Positions 1 through 9,781 of a stretch of 64,000 nucleotides of DNA are shown piece by piece; positions within the stretch are counted from its first letter, which is position 1, and every line of letters starts with the position of its first letter. Position numbers and translations under genes: made by a program. The notes beneath the pieces are model-generated. The model did not search any database. It was not told the origin of the DNA and saw only the letters and a program-made list of their open reading frames with translations. This DNA comes from Candidatus Heimdallarchaeota archaeon (GTDB lineage Archaea > Asgardarchaeota > Heimdallarchaeia > Heimdallarchaeales > Kariarchaeaceae), in assembly GCA_030149205.1 (NCBI GenBank), contig JASBSB010000001.1, positions 393,142 through 457,141 of the forward strand, read 5' to 3'.

Positions 1-178
1 AGGTTGTTGGTTCCACAGTTATATCTCTGGAAATCTGTGAAATGGTTAAAAAAAATAAGCTTCAAAAGTGAGTGGGAACGAGGTTTTTGGGAAGTACGAG
101 GGTATCACCAAAGAGCTGATCCTTGGCTGGAAGAGAGATACTCATCAGAAGAGAAACCTATAAGGCGAAATCATAAAA

Positions 179-886
179 TTGATTGAAGAGAATTCATTAT
201 TTTTGGATACTACATCAGGTTCAACTGAAATTTTGTTAAGGTTTATCCATTTCTGGATGCAAAGAGATGACTCATCTGGTGTCATTGCTAGTTTAATGAA
301 ATTAGAAGAATCTTACAAAGATATGTACCTAATTAAAAATTTTGTTGATAAGTTCTCCAAATACAGTGAGAATAAGATTTTAGGAGAGTTTGAAGAATTA
401 TATAAATCCACTAACAAGTTTATTGAAAATTACAAATGGAAAGTTATGAGTATTATAGGTTCAAACAGACGCTGTTTAACATTTTCAAACAGCTTTTTTT
501 TACAGGAAACTCTACCTGTGTTACAGCCTGAAAAAGTCTATGTAACTAAGTCTAAACCAGGAGAGGAAGGGATCATTTTGAACAAAAAATTACTTGATTA
601 TTCACTCAACTCAGTCATGATCGATGACGTAGACCTCAGCCATTATTGTAAAAAGAACCTAATTGACTTTGTAATTGTTTCATGCGATGGTTATATTAAA
701 TCTCAAGGCTTTATCAACAAAATTGGAACGGCAAAACTTTTGAACCTAGCAGAAACTAACAATGTTGAGAGCTATGTCTTAACTCACCCATTAAAACTAT
801 TAAACACAAAGCCAAACAAACTAACTAACAGTCTAATGGAATGGGTTGATACATCGGATCTGAGATTGCTACGTTATATTGAATAA
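179..886 (+). CDS. eIF-2B alpha/beta/delta-like family protein (e2b2 / ribose-1,5-bisphosphate isomerase / MtnA-like fold); may be short at the N-terminus
   Basis: The C-terminal block IVSCDGYIKSQGFINKIGTAKLLNLAETNNVESYVLTHP matches the conserved G-A-D..NG.v.NKiGT..lAl.A....vp.yV segment of the eIF-2B family. ORF 4-186 upstream is in a different frame. Confidence 0.45.
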   Translation: MIEENSLFLDTTSGSTEILLRFIHFWMQRDDSSGVIASLMKLEESYKDMYLIKNFVDKFSKYSENKILGEFEELYKSTNKFIENYKWKVMSIIGSNRRCLTFSNSFFLQETLPVLQPEKVYVTKSKPGEEGIILNKKLLDYSLNSVMIDDVDLSHYCKKNLIDFVIVSCDGYIKSQGFINKIGTAKLLNLAETNNVESYVLTHPLKLLNTKPNKLTNSLMEWVDTSDLRLLRYIE

Positions 887-965
887 CTGAAAAGTATTTT
901 TACATTGTATAAACAATTCGTGGAGCAAATTAGAGTATGTATTAAGGCATATGAGTTAAGCCATA

Positions 966-2141
966 TCAATTATAGACTGAAGCTAAGACAGCAAGTAGTA
1001 ACAAATTCCTCTTGATTGGAATAAGCGAATCAGGTCCTACATCAATCCATTCATCAAGTGCATGAGCATTCCCTGCTCTTTCAGATCCTGCTAAAGAAAC
1101 TGCGTCGATCCCCATTGATTGTGGGATATTAGCATCAGTACTACTTACTGTTTCATTTACCTTAAGGTTTAGAAATGAGTGCACTTCCTGTATATTTTTC
1201 AGAAGTTGAGAGTTTGGAGATAAAGACCCACAAGGTCTATCCCCAATTTTTTTGATTTCTACTTGAATTGTTCCTAATCTTAATTCGTTTTCATTAGAAA
1301 CCGCTTTTTCGAGCAGCTGATTCATTTTCTCTGATAAAGTTTCAATCTGTTCCATGGATTCAGACCTCAAGTCAATTTGACATTTAACCTCAAATGGGAT
1401 AGAATTTACAGAGGTCCCCCCATTTATCACGCCAACTGAAAATGTTGTTTTAGGATTTTCAGGGACTGAAAGCTTACTGAAGTCAGTTAAAAACTGACCG
1501 AGTGCATACATCGGATTAACAGTGCCAAAAGCACCAAAACTATGTCCTCCAGGCCCTGTAAAAGAGATCTCAAATCTCTTGCTCCCTAATGATTTTGAAA
1601 CAACTCTTGATGAATCCGAACCATCAATTGTAATGAAGGTTCTTATATTCGAGGCTAAATTCTTATGTTCTTCAGATCTGAACAAATGCTTTACGCCCCT
1701 TAAATCTCCGATTCCTTCCTCCCCCACGTTTGCTAATAATAATATTGATTTTTTAGTTTTCAAGCTAAACAGTTGTTTTGCGAGAAATATTAAATTCGTC
1801 AACCCTCTTGAGTCATCACCTACTCCTGGTCCAATTAGTAGGTTCTCAGATCGTTTTATTTCAATTTTAACTTCTTTTGGAAAAACGGTGTCCAGGTGTG
1901 CTGCAACTACTATAGAGGGATTATTCTCTTCGGATCCTTCCTTAATCACATACACATTCCCTATTGAGTCCTTTAAAGGTAGATATCCTATTTCTTTAAA
2001 CATCTCATAAATTAGATTGCCTCGCTCTTCTTCTAAAAAAGGTGGTGCTGGAACAGAAGCAATTTCTGTTGTTAATCTTGCAAAATATTCAAAGTCAGTA
2101 ATGTTGTCCAATTGTACAATTTTTGAAACTTCTTTAATCAC
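966..2141 (-). CDS. M20 family metallopeptidase (ArgE/DapE/peptidase T-like)
   Basis: Motifs VAAHLDTVFP and GPGVGDDSRGL resemble the metal-binding H-x-D and G-x-x-D-D motifs of M20 peptidases. Length about 390 aa fits the family. Confidence 0.55.
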   Translation of the reverse strand: MIKEVSKIVQLDNITDFEYFARLTTEIASVPAPPFLEEERGNLIYEMFKEIGYLPLKDSIGNVYVIKEGSEENNPSIVVAAHLDTVFPKEVKIEIKRSENLLIGPGVGDDSRGLTNLIFLAKQLFSLKTKKSILLLANVGEEGIGDLRGVKHLFRSEEHKNLASNIRTFITIDGSDSSRVVSKSLGSKRFEISFTGPGGHSFGAFGTVNPMYALGQFLTDFSKLSVPENPKTTFSVGVINGGTSVNSIPFEVKCQIDLRSESMEQIETLSEKMNQLLEKAVSNENELRLGTIQVEIKKIGDRPCGSLSPNSQLLKNIQEVHSFLNLKVNETVSSTDANIPQSMGIDAVSLAGSERAGNAHALDEWIDVGPDSLIPIKRNLLLLAVLASVYN

Positions 2142-2206
2142 GAACTATTTCCTTTTATCCATATTGAAAAACGTTTGCTGTTTCTCCATTTGGATAATCA
2201 ACTCTC

Positions 2207-3262
2207 TTATCCAAAAAATGAATCCAATGATGTTTGACTCCTTAAAATTTCGATTTCTCTTGCTGTTTTAAAAATTAAAGGTTTATGTCTTGCTTCAGAA
2301 AACCCTCGTTCCTCTACAAGAAACTTAAGGATTTTTTCTGGATCATATTCATGAAATTCCACACTCACACCTTTCTTAACATTCGGATTTAAAAAAATTT
2401 CTCGAATCTCTTCATAGGGAACCTCTACCTCTTTAATTCTATCCACATTTTTCTGAATAGATTCAAAGCTTCCATACTCTTTGATATATTTAAATGCAGT
2501 TTTAGGGCCAACCTTTTTAAAACCCCCTGGGTTAAAATCAGAACCAAGAAGAACCCCTAAATCTATCAGCTGTTCCTTGGTAATTTGCAATCCATCCAAT
2601 AAATCTCTTAGATTAATTTCCTCAGGGCTAATTGTTATAACTTTCCCCCCAGGAAGATTTCGTTTCCCACTCAAATTTAGATTTCTTACCAAAGTCGGAG
2701 CTCCAAATAATAATGCGTCATAGTCCTGAGATGCTGTTGCATGAGCTATTCCCTCTATTGTTAACATTGCTGCTTGAGCTTCACCCTCTCCCGGGGCTTG
2801 TACAACTGGAATACCCATTGCTTCTAACAATTTTTTTGAATCATCAACCATTTCGGGAGTAAGTCTGGAGAGTCTCTGTCCCATTTTTTTTGCTCTTATC
2901 AGGTCACCCTCTTTCATTGCCTTTTCGTACTCTTTTTCAGCTATTTTTTTTTGTTTTGACCTATTTTCAATCTCCTGATGTTTTAAGGGATGAGATTCAC
3001 CATCAAATACATAAACTGGTTTTATACCTTTTTGAAGAAGTTGTGAATTTCTTGTAAGTAAGCCTATTAAATGTGAAGTGACTCTTCCTTCGTGGTCTGT
3101 CAATGTTTGACCTGTCTGATCCCTTATAGTTGAGAGAAATTGATATAGAACATTAAATGCATCAAAGGCCATAATTCTATCTTTAAACTCTTCCAAATTC
3201 CTTTCTTTCTTGAATGGAATATTTGACTCATCCAAGAGAGCGGAAAGATTCTTTACACCCAC
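2207..3262 (-). CDS. fen1: Flap endonuclease 1 (FEN-1)
   Basis: N-terminus MGVKNLS...FDAFNVLYQFLSTIRDQTGQTLTDHEGRVTSHLIGLL...GIKPVYVFDG is near-identical in pattern to archaeal/eukaryotic FEN-1 N-domain. Helix-3-turn-helix region GIPVVQAPGEGEAQAA and C-terminal PIP-like tail are present. Confidence 0.9.
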   Translation of the reverse strand: MGVKNLSALLDESNIPFKKERNLEEFKDRIMAFDAFNVLYQFLSTIRDQTGQTLTDHEGRVTSHLIGLLTRNSQLLQKGIKPVYVFDGESHPLKHQEIENRSKQKKIAEKEYEKAMKEGDLIRAKKMGQRLSRLTPEMVDDSKKLLEAMGIPVVQAPGEGEAQAAMLTIEGIAHATASQDYDALLFGAPTLVRNLNLSGKRNLPGGKVITISPEEINLRDLLDGLQITKEQLIDLGVLLGSDFNPGGFKKVGPKTAFKYIKEYGSFESIQKNVDRIKEVEVPYEEIREIFLNPNVKKGVSVEFHEYDPEKILKFLVEERGFSEARHKPLIFKTAREIEILRSQTSLDSFFG

Positions 3263-3350
3263 ACCATAAGATTTTTCCCTTAGTTAATAACTTATCAATG
3301 GACGATTGAACTCTTGTTACTGCAGTTGAACTGCTCTTTGACTTTTAATG

Positions 3351-4292
3351 TTAATCTGAAATTACATCAACTTGAATCCCATTTTGCTCCGATTTTATTG
3401 TTAATGTGGGAAGTACCCAGTTTGTGTACCAGTTCTCAATACGTTTTACACGTTTTTCAATTTCATCAACAGTTGGTTGGTTTAGAACACATTTAACAGT
3501 ACATAAACTACATGCAAAATGTTTTTCAAAATATTTGAAACATCTGTCAAAATCAATTTTATAATCAACTGATGGAATGACTTGCAATGGGAATGGATAA
3601 TCTCTATTTGTTATTGCTGAGACTGGGCAATTACCAACACAATATTTACACCGAGCACAAAAAGCAGAAATACCACGATCTATTGGTTGGTCTATTTCTA
3701 TTTCTGCATTTATTGAAATTGCTGATAACCTTACCAGTGAACCAAATTTAAAGTCGATAAACAACCCTGTTCTACCCTTCTCTCCCAACCCAGCCTTATA
3801 TGCTAAAGGACTAAAAAGCAAAAAGTGATTATCGAACCTATCACCTAACGGATGATGTCCCCATACATCATATCCTAAAGATTTCAATTTAGAAGTTAAT
3901 TTAAGAGTTTTATCTCCAGCCTCAGCATAGGCATGTAAAATTTCTGTTGCTGATTCTAAAGAAGGAGCAGAGTTCATCCTAGAATAATCTTGCTTTGTTA
4001 CCAAAACTATCACTTTCGAATTCACAAATCTATCAGACTCAGAAACTAAAAATACTTCTTCTTTAGATATCTCAGTCACTCCAAATCTTTTAACTCCTAC
4101 TTCTTCTAGTAGTTCATTTAATTCTTGTCGTTCAAGAACTCGCTTGAGTCTTCTTGGGTTTTCAAGATTAAGTAAATCTAAGTTTTTTTGTTGATTTATC
4201 AATCGAGCCCTTAGCCTTTTTTGCTCGTCTGTTACAGTAGTCCCACGTGGTTTTATTTTAGAAAGTCGTTCCTGATTAGCGGGATTTAACAT
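3351..4292 (-). CDS. QueG-like (epoxyqueuosine reductase / reductive-dehalogenase-related) 4Fe-4S protein
   Basis: Segment AYKAGLGEKGRTGLFIDFKFGSLVRLSAI matches the QueG core A-x-x-AGLG-x-x-GK-x-x-L-I-x-x-x-GS. It is followed by two Cys clusters, CARCKYCVGNCP and CSLCTVKC, typical of tandem 4Fe-4S ferredoxin motifs. Confidence 0.5.
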   Translation of the reverse strand: MLNPANQERLSKIKPRGTTVTDEQKRLRARLINQQKNLDLLNLENPRRLKRVLERQELNELLEEVGVKRFGVTEISKEEVFLVSESDRFVNSKVIVLVTKQDYSRMNSAPSLESATEILHAYAEAGDKTLKLTSKLKSLGYDVWGHHPLGDRFDNHFLLFSPLAYKAGLGEKGRTGLFIDFKFGSLVRLSAISINAEIEIDQPIDRGISAFCARCKYCVGNCPVSAITNRDYPFPLQVIPSVDYKIDFDRCFKYFEKHFACSLCTVKCVLNQPTVDEIEKRVKRIENWYTNWVLPTLTIKSEQNGIQVDVISD

Positions 4293-4637
4293 AGCTTATC
4301 ATAGATATTCTTGCAAGTTATACCTTTTGGAATGAGTCAGAGAAATTTGTAAATTTATCAGCTTTGATCAGATTTTTTATACACAGTAATATGTGACCTT
4401 AGCTCCTAAAACCTCAAAAATATGTGTGGAACGAACTTCGTAAAATTCTTAAATAACATTGCGTATTTCAGGAAACTATATCCCAGGGGATCGATTTTCG
4501 TAACACTTTGCACAATTTAGCCGAATAAATTTCGAAATAATTCAGCAATCACAAATTTTTTTAGATTAATGAGCTAAAAAATTATAAATAATTAACAAAT
4601 CAGATAGTTTATATAGTAGATTTGTGTATAATTTATC

Positions 4638-4904
4638 ATGAGCACAGTAATAATTGACAAGCAGAAAGAAAACATTGGCTTTGCTCCTATGTCCACTAAG
4701 TTCAATGAGTTTTGTAAAGTAAATGTTGGAAATTGGGAGACTATTTCAAAATCTAAAACCTATAAGATAATCACTGAAGAACTGATCAATAAGCATGGAG
4801 ACCTTGCCTTTAGTGAATTTGTAAAATTCGTTGGGAGAGAAACCAACACACCTATTAGTGAAGTTCTACAAATTTTCGGAAATTACCTTCAAAATGGAAA
4901 TTAA
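4638..4904 (+). CDS. hypothetical small protein (88 aa)
   Basis: Intact ORF in an otherwise non-coding gap with good codon-like composition. No recognisable motif. Confidence 0.3.
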   Translation: MSTVIIDKQKENIGFAPMSTKFNEFCKVNVGNWETISKSKTYKIITEELINKHGDLAFSEFVKFVGRETNTPISEVLQIFGNYLQNGN

Positions 4905-4986
4905 ATACAAAAAAAAGTTTCAATTTTGAATTTCAGATAATTTTTATAGACTAATTTAGATCAATTTTAGCGTATAAGATAAATGA

Positions 4987-5076
4987 TGGACTGAGCGGGA
5001 TTTTCGAGATTTATCTTTTCGAACCCGCGGCTGCTAGTATGCGAAACTAGCACTCTACCAACTGAGTTATCAGCCC
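4987..5076 (-). tRNA. tRNA-Ala (anticodon CGC) with a ~17-nt insertion (putative intron) in the T-loop
   Basis: Manual cloverleaf: acceptor GGGCTGA/TCAGTCC with G3-U70, D-arm ACTC-AGTTGGTAG-GAGT, anticodon arm CTAGT-TTCGCAT-ACTAG, T-stem GCGGG/CCCGC. The T-loop is 24 nt (TTCGAAAAGATAAATCTCGAAAAT) instead of 7. Confidence 0.75.
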
Positions 5077-5211
5077 ATTAATCTACCTCTTTTGTGTCTA
5101 TTTTGAACATTCCCATAACAATCGAAATTCTCAGTGAATTGAGATAAATTATTTTCAAAATCAATGATTCATTATTTAGAGATTGGTGAGATTTAAAATC
5201 AATGAAACACG

Positions 5212-6267
5212 GTGTGGAGTATGGTAACTCAAGCTGAGATGAACCTAATCACAGGAGTTTCATTCATTGTTATAGGTGCGTTATTCAAACTTAAATCAAG
5301 GAACAATTTATTCAATAAAGGAGATTCTTGGGCATATTTCGCAATTTTTCATGGGATTGATGAAGCTTTTGATTCTTTGAAAAATTATTCTATTTTTTCA
5401 TCTGTTAAACTCTGGTTTGAAAAGGGCGAAATAATTTTCTTTGCTCTTTCAGCAATTTTTCTAATAATTGGAACATTGATAGTATTCGACATAATCCCAC
5501 CAAAGCATGAGCTTGAGCTCGGGTTGATATTTCAAAGTCCATTTGTCTTGTTGGTCTTAATTGCTAATGAAACAACAATAGACGTAATTGAAACAGCAAG
5601 AGTTTCAATAGGTGGATTTGAGTTTAGTTTAATTGCTCTTAGTTTTGGAGTGATCCCGACAATTCCTTTGATAATTGCTCTGCTAATAAATTTCCTCCAA
5701 ACTAGACGCAAATTCAAAACTATTGGGAACACAAAAATAATTGGATATGTGATAGTTTCGATGATGCTTACAGCTTATGCGTTTTCTGAACTCTATGCAA
5801 GTACCAATAATAATTTTCTGCTTTTAGAAATATTTGCAATTGCAGTAGTTCTTCTTTTCCCTGTTGAGTATAATCTTTCTGGAGAGAGTGGGGTACAACT
5901 ATTTGTCCTTTATCACAAAAGTGGAATTCCTGTAACTTCCATACACTTTAATACGAGTATAGACAGAGATACTGTTAATCTTGTGACCTCATTTTTGTCA
6001 GCAATAAAAACCTTAGTTGAAAATGAACTTGAGCTAGGGGAATTACAAGATATTCAGACTGATAAGGGAACTTTGGTGTTAGTTCAATTAGGGGAGTTCA
6101 TTTTAGCAACTCTCACATCAAGTTCTCCGAAAAAAATCAAAGAAAAATTGTTTCAAATCTCTGACACTCTTTCTTTAACTCTCAAAGACATTAGACCTGA
6201 AATAGTTGATTCAGCCAAAATTGATCAAATTGATACAATGATAATAAAACAACTAGAACTACAATGA
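5212..6267 (+). CDS. polytopic membrane protein with C-terminal roadblock/LC7 (MglB-like) domain
   Basis: The first ~230 aa are a series of hydrophobic helices. The C-terminus, DTVNLVTSFLSAIKTLVENELELGELQDIQTDKGTLVLVQLGEFILATLTSS, follows the roadblock/LC7 pattern (G-E-L..i..d.G.lvl...g.. .la.l). Confidence 0.4.
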   Translation: MWSMVTQAEMNLITGVSFIVIGALFKLKSRNNLFNKGDSWAYFAIFHGIDEAFDSLKNYSIFSSVKLWFEKGEIIFFALSAIFLIIGTLIVFDIIPPKHELELGLIFQSPFVLLVLIANETTIDVIETARVSIGGFEFSLIALSFGVIPTIPLIIALLINFLQTRRKFKTIGNTKIIGYVIVSMMLTAYAFSELYASTNNNFLLLEIFAIAVVLLFPVEYNLSGESGVQLFVLYHKSGIPVTSIHFNTSIDRDTVNLVTSFLSAIKTLVENELELGELQDIQTDKGTLVLVQLGEFILATLTSSSPKKIKEKLFQISDTLSLTLKDIRPEIVDSAKIDQIDTMIIKQLELQ

Positions 6268-6333
6268 AGAGAACCAAACTTTACATTTGATTTATTTTTT
6301 ATCGAATTGAATTATTTTCATGAGATGTTAGAT

Positions 6334-6966
6334 CTATCTTGCACCTTCTGCAGCATCAAAGAGAATTGAAGCAGCTAAAATTAGTCTACGATCCAATTTT
6401 GCATCTGGTGATACTGTCATTGTATAATTGTCTCTAAGTTTCGCAAGTCGGTTGTATTCCCCTATCTTGTTTCCGTTAATATCAAATATCTCAAAATGCA
6501 GTCTCATAAATATTTGAAGTATTGGTCCAATAATTGGTATTACGGATAGGATTCCGAATTTTCGAACAATGGTCTTGAACATAGATTTAGCGCTTGCCCA
6601 TCCAATAACTTCACCTGATTCTGTCTGAAACTCCCATCTTTCTCTTAACAAACTATGCCAAAACCTTCTTTTGAGGACTCCAACCATTTCATTATTTTCT
6701 AAATCATGAACCCTAAATCTAGCCCAGGCATCTAAGAAGGTCTCATCATAAAGAATAATTATTGGATGAGATTTCGTATCTGGATCATCAAAGATAACTA
6801 CATCCTTATGGAAAAAGAATCTAGCTCTTTTTGCCCAGAATAGTTTTTGATCAGTAGCTCTATCCTTGATATCATATGCTTCTTGAAACGTAAATAACCT
6901 CCTTATACTTTGGGTTACTAACAGTTCATTGAATACTAGTTTTTCTTCTGTTGTTTTTTCCAACAT
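6334..6966 (-). CDS. hypothetical protein, possibly LURP-one-related/scramblase-like (tubby C-terminal-like fold)
   Basis: Size about 210 aa and a beta-rich hydrophilic sequence. Only weak resemblance to the DUF567/LOR family. No catalytic motif. Confidence 0.2.
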   Translation of the reverse strand: MLEKTTEEKLVFNELLVTQSIRRLFTFQEAYDIKDRATDQKLFWAKRARFFFHKDVVIFDDPDTKSHPIIILYDETFLDAWARFRVHDLENNEMVGVLKRRFWHSLLRERWEFQTESGEVIGWASAKSMFKTIVRKFGILSVIPIIGPILQIFMRLHFEIFDINGNKIGEYNRLAKLRDNYTMTVSPDAKLDRRLILAASILFDAAEGAR

Positions 6967-7104
6967 TAATCAAATTTCTATTTTTTCAGTTCTTAAATTT
7001 TTCCACCACCAAAAATTAGGATGGGTGCTTTCTCAATTTAATTTTACGTTACTTTTTGGTATATTATAATAAGATATTAATTCTAAGGAGTTTAGATATA
7101 ATTA

Positions 7105-7950
7105 ATGCCTGAGGGCCCAGAAGTTGAAATTGTTAAAAGAGGGTTGTTAGCAATAAAAAACCAGCAAATTTCACAAATAATTGTATCAAACCACCCGAAA
7201 TACAACCTTATTCAAGATAGACTTTCTCACATCTCAAGGGTTTTAGATATACATAGAATTGGAAAATTTTTGATTTGGGAATTTGATTCAAACGTTTTTG
7301 CAATTAACCATCTTGGAATGACCGGTATTTGGTCTATTCAGAATACAAAAGAAGAGAGTAATTTACAAGAACTTGTTTTAAAGAAACATTTCAAACTAGG
7401 CTTTCACTGTGATTCTGGGGATTTTTTCATGTTTGAGGATATTCGAACATTTGGTAGATTTGAAATTTATAATGATGACCCTAGAAAATTTCATCCAACG
7501 TTAGTAAATATGGGACCTGATATCCTTGATAAAAATTTTAGCAATGTTGAATTTTCAAAACGTTTGAAAGGAAAGGGGTCAAGGGGGAGATCCGCTGAAA
7601 TTGGAAATGCTTTGCTCAACCAATCAATAATTGCAGGATGTGGAAATATTTACAAATCAGAATCATTATTTTTAAGTAACATAGATCCAAGAAGAAAGGT
7701 AAACACATTATCTGACACAGAGATGAACAAATTAGGAGAATCACTTCAAATTGTTGCAAAGAAAGCCTTAGAAGCAGGGGGATCTACAATACGTGATTTT
7801 GTTACAGTAGATGGGTATGATGGATTAATGCAGAATGAGTTTAAAATTTACGGGAAAGAAAATGAGCCTTGCCCAAACTGCCAATCAACTATTATAAAGA
7901 TTAAGCAAGGAGGGAGATCAACATATTTATGCGCAAAATGTCAAAAATAA
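7105..7950 (+). CDS. Fpg/Nei family DNA glycosylase/AP lyase (formamidopyrimidine-DNA glycosylase-like)
   Basis: Starts MPEGPEVEIVKRGL, the catalytic Pro2/Glu3 N-terminus PELPEVE of Fpg/Nei. H2TH-like region NALLNQSIIAGCGNIYKSESLF. C-terminal zinc finger CPNCQSTIIKIKQGGRSTYLCAKCQ. Confidence 0.85.
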   Translation: MPEGPEVEIVKRGLLAIKNQQISQIIVSNHPKYNLIQDRLSHISRVLDIHRIGKFLIWEFDSNVFAINHLGMTGIWSIQNTKEESNLQELVLKKHFKLGFHCDSGDFFMFEDIRTFGRFEIYNDDPRKFHPTLVNMGPDILDKNFSNVEFSKRLKGKGSRGRSAEIGNALLNQSIIAGCGNIYKSESLFLSNIDPRRKVNTLSDTEMNKLGESLQIVAKKALEAGGSTIRDFVTVDGYDGLMQNEFKIYGKENEPCPNCQSTIIKIKQGGRSTYLCAKCQK

Positions 7951-8011
7951 ATCATTTAAAATCAAGATTAATAAAAATTTATATATTCAAGGTCTCCTCG
8001 AAGAATTTTAG

Positions 8012-8446
8012 ATGGTTTTAGATAGTCGATCCATTTATCCCATTTTTTTGGGTATTTCTGTAATTGCCATTATTAACCATTGGCCACTTTTATTTTACCC
8101 ATTAACTCTTCTTGTTTTTATCCCCATGCTAGTCAATGTATTTACAATGAAGTCTAATTACAGGTACAACCTTAAAATTATAATTTATATTATACTGACT
8201 GATGGTGCTTTAATGCTTTATCTAACTTTGACACTCCCGGCATTCGGTCTGTTTTTTGTTGTAATACCTGTATTCTATTGGATAGTGTTAATAATATTTT
8301 ATTACACGATTAAGAGGGAGGTTAAGATAATTTCAAGACCCATATTTACTATGAATGATGATGATGCTTACAGAGCAAGAAAAGCGATGATAACCAGACA
8401 TCCTGAGGACATTATAAACATCCAAAAATACAAAAAATTCAGCTAA
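8012..8446 (+). CDS. small integral membrane protein (hypothetical)
   Basis: 144-aa ORF with 3-4 hydrophobic helices. Convergent with the next gene, overlapping it by 4 nt at the stop. Confidence 0.35.
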   Translation: MVLDSRSIYPIFLGISVIAIINHWPLLFYPLTLLVFIPMLVNVFTMKSNYRYNLKIIIYIILTDGALMLYLTLTLPAFGLFFVVIPVFYWIVLIIFYYTIKREVKIISRPIFTMNDDDAYRARKAMITRHPEDIINIQKYKKFS

Positions 8447-9771
8447 AACCACGGGTGCAAAATCTGTTGGTTTAACTCATTTACGTAACGAACAGCATAT
8501 GGGATAAATTGGAGCATCCGCAATTCTATTGACCATATTTTACCCTTCTCTTTTATATAAAATATATTTTTTTGATCTGGATAAGTGTTGACCAATTTAT
8601 GTATCCATCCAATAAAACTAAAACTTCCATCTGAATACCTCGGTTGATTTATCAGTCTACCCTGAGCATCTCTTTCTTCTAAGATTAATTCATCATCAAG
8701 TTCTTTTGAAATTTGTATTAGGATTGCATCGAGCCTATTTATAACTGCAAGGTCCCTATACAATAGAGAATATTGGAACAGTGAATTGAGGCTGTTTAAG
8801 CTATTCTCTACCCATTTTTTATATCCGTATCTTGGTCCATCAGGTTTGTTGTTGCTGCGTTTTAAAATGGTTCCAAAATGTTTAATCTGGTAATTAATGA
8901 ATCCGTCCAATGTCATTTCTTCTTGTGTGATTCCTCCAAATCTATATCTAGCCCAGGGGGTTAGATTGTATGCAGTCTTTTTCGGGTTGAAGGTGAAATT
9001 TGGAACATTGAAATATGTCAAATAGATCTCTAAGTTCTTGTATAGTTCATATGCAAATTTTAATTCAATTCCCAAAACCCGTCGAAAGATTCGGGTGTCA
9101 CTTAATAAATGAACAACAACATCATCGAAAGGTGAATTAGTCACACGTTTGAGCTCTTCAGTTTGATCATATCGTAAACACACATAGCCTACAAACATGA
9201 AAATCCAAATTGACATTTTACTTTCGATTTGTTTATCATTTATAGATTTGAGATAGTTGGTGAAAATTTGTTTGTAGTCAATTGTATCCCTCAACAAGAG
9301 GTATTCACTTTCTAGTGCTGTGACTTTAGCTACCATTTTTTCAAATTGAAAGGTTGGTACTCTTACATCACCTCGACCATCTGCTTGTAAGGCTAAAGAA
9401 AGTTCATCTTCACCCATGTTAATTTCTTTGATCATTTTGTTTAAAAACCATAATTGACCGTTGAATCCCTCGGAAATTACATCTTTGACAAAATCATTAA
9501 AACTAATCAATGGGAAAGGTATTGAAAAAAAAGAACCAAATAAGACTGGTAGAGAATCTATTAGTGAATTAATGGTTGGATAAAACTTGGTCTTCGTTCG
9601 TCTAATATTAAGCTTAACTTTTTGTCTTTTCTCCCGGATTTTTTTATTCTTCTGAATCTCCCTCAATTCATCCTCTCCAATCTCATCAATGGCATTAGAC
9701 TCAGGTTTCAAATCATTATCATTTGACTCTTCTGAACTTGAGTTAAAGTTTAGATTGGGAGGATTAGACAA
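8443..9771 (-). CDS. hypothetical protein with acidic N-terminus (442 aa), operon partner of the ASKHA ATPase
   Basis: Starts 11 nt downstream of the stop of 9782-12406 on the same strand. No recognisable motif. Confidence 0.5.
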   Translation of the reverse strand: MSNPPNLNFNSSSEESNDNDLKPESNAIDEIGEDELREIQKNKKIREKRQKVKLNIRRTKTKFYPTINSLIDSLPVLFGSFFSIPFPLISFNDFVKDVISEGFNGQLWFLNKMIKEINMGEDELSLALQADGRGDVRVPTFQFEKMVAKVTALESEYLLLRDTIDYKQIFTNYLKSINDKQIESKMSIWIFMFVGYVCLRYDQTEELKRVTNSPFDDVVVHLLSDTRIFRRVLGIELKFAYELYKNLEIYLTYFNVPNFTFNPKKTAYNLTPWARYRFGGITQEEMTLDGFINYQIKHFGTILKRSNNKPDGPRYGYKKWVENSLNSLNSLFQYSLLYRDLAVINRLDAILIQISKELDDELILEERDAQGRLINQPRYSDGSFSFIGWIHKLVNTYPDQKNIFYIKEKGKIWSIELRMLQFIPYAVRYVNELNQQILHPWF

Positions 9772-9781
9772 GTTTATGCAC

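Noticed and set aside
4-186. 60-aa ORF at the window edge upstream of the eIF-2B-like gene
   Set aside because: It runs off the window start in a different frame from the downstream gene. It could be the tail of an upstream gene or evidence of a frameshift in the eIF-2B-like gene. This cannot be decided from this window.
1522-2010. 162-aa plus-strand ORF inside the M20 peptidase gene
   Set aside because: It lies entirely antisense to a well-supported 391-aa gene and has no motif. It is treated as a shadow ORF. The same reasoning applies to 2017-2271, 2481-2723, 5532-5732, 10150-10335, 10974-11328, 11955-12173, 18219-18419, 19513-19734, 20092-20280, 21845-22150, 22627-22827, 23485-23904, 26553-26816, 28449-29003, 31693-31929, 32551-32778, 38465-38650, 42073-42351, 45794-46108, 47453-47638, 49539-49844, 50919-51110, 56772-56960, 59207-59637, 60027-60756, 61937-62512 and 62983-63171.
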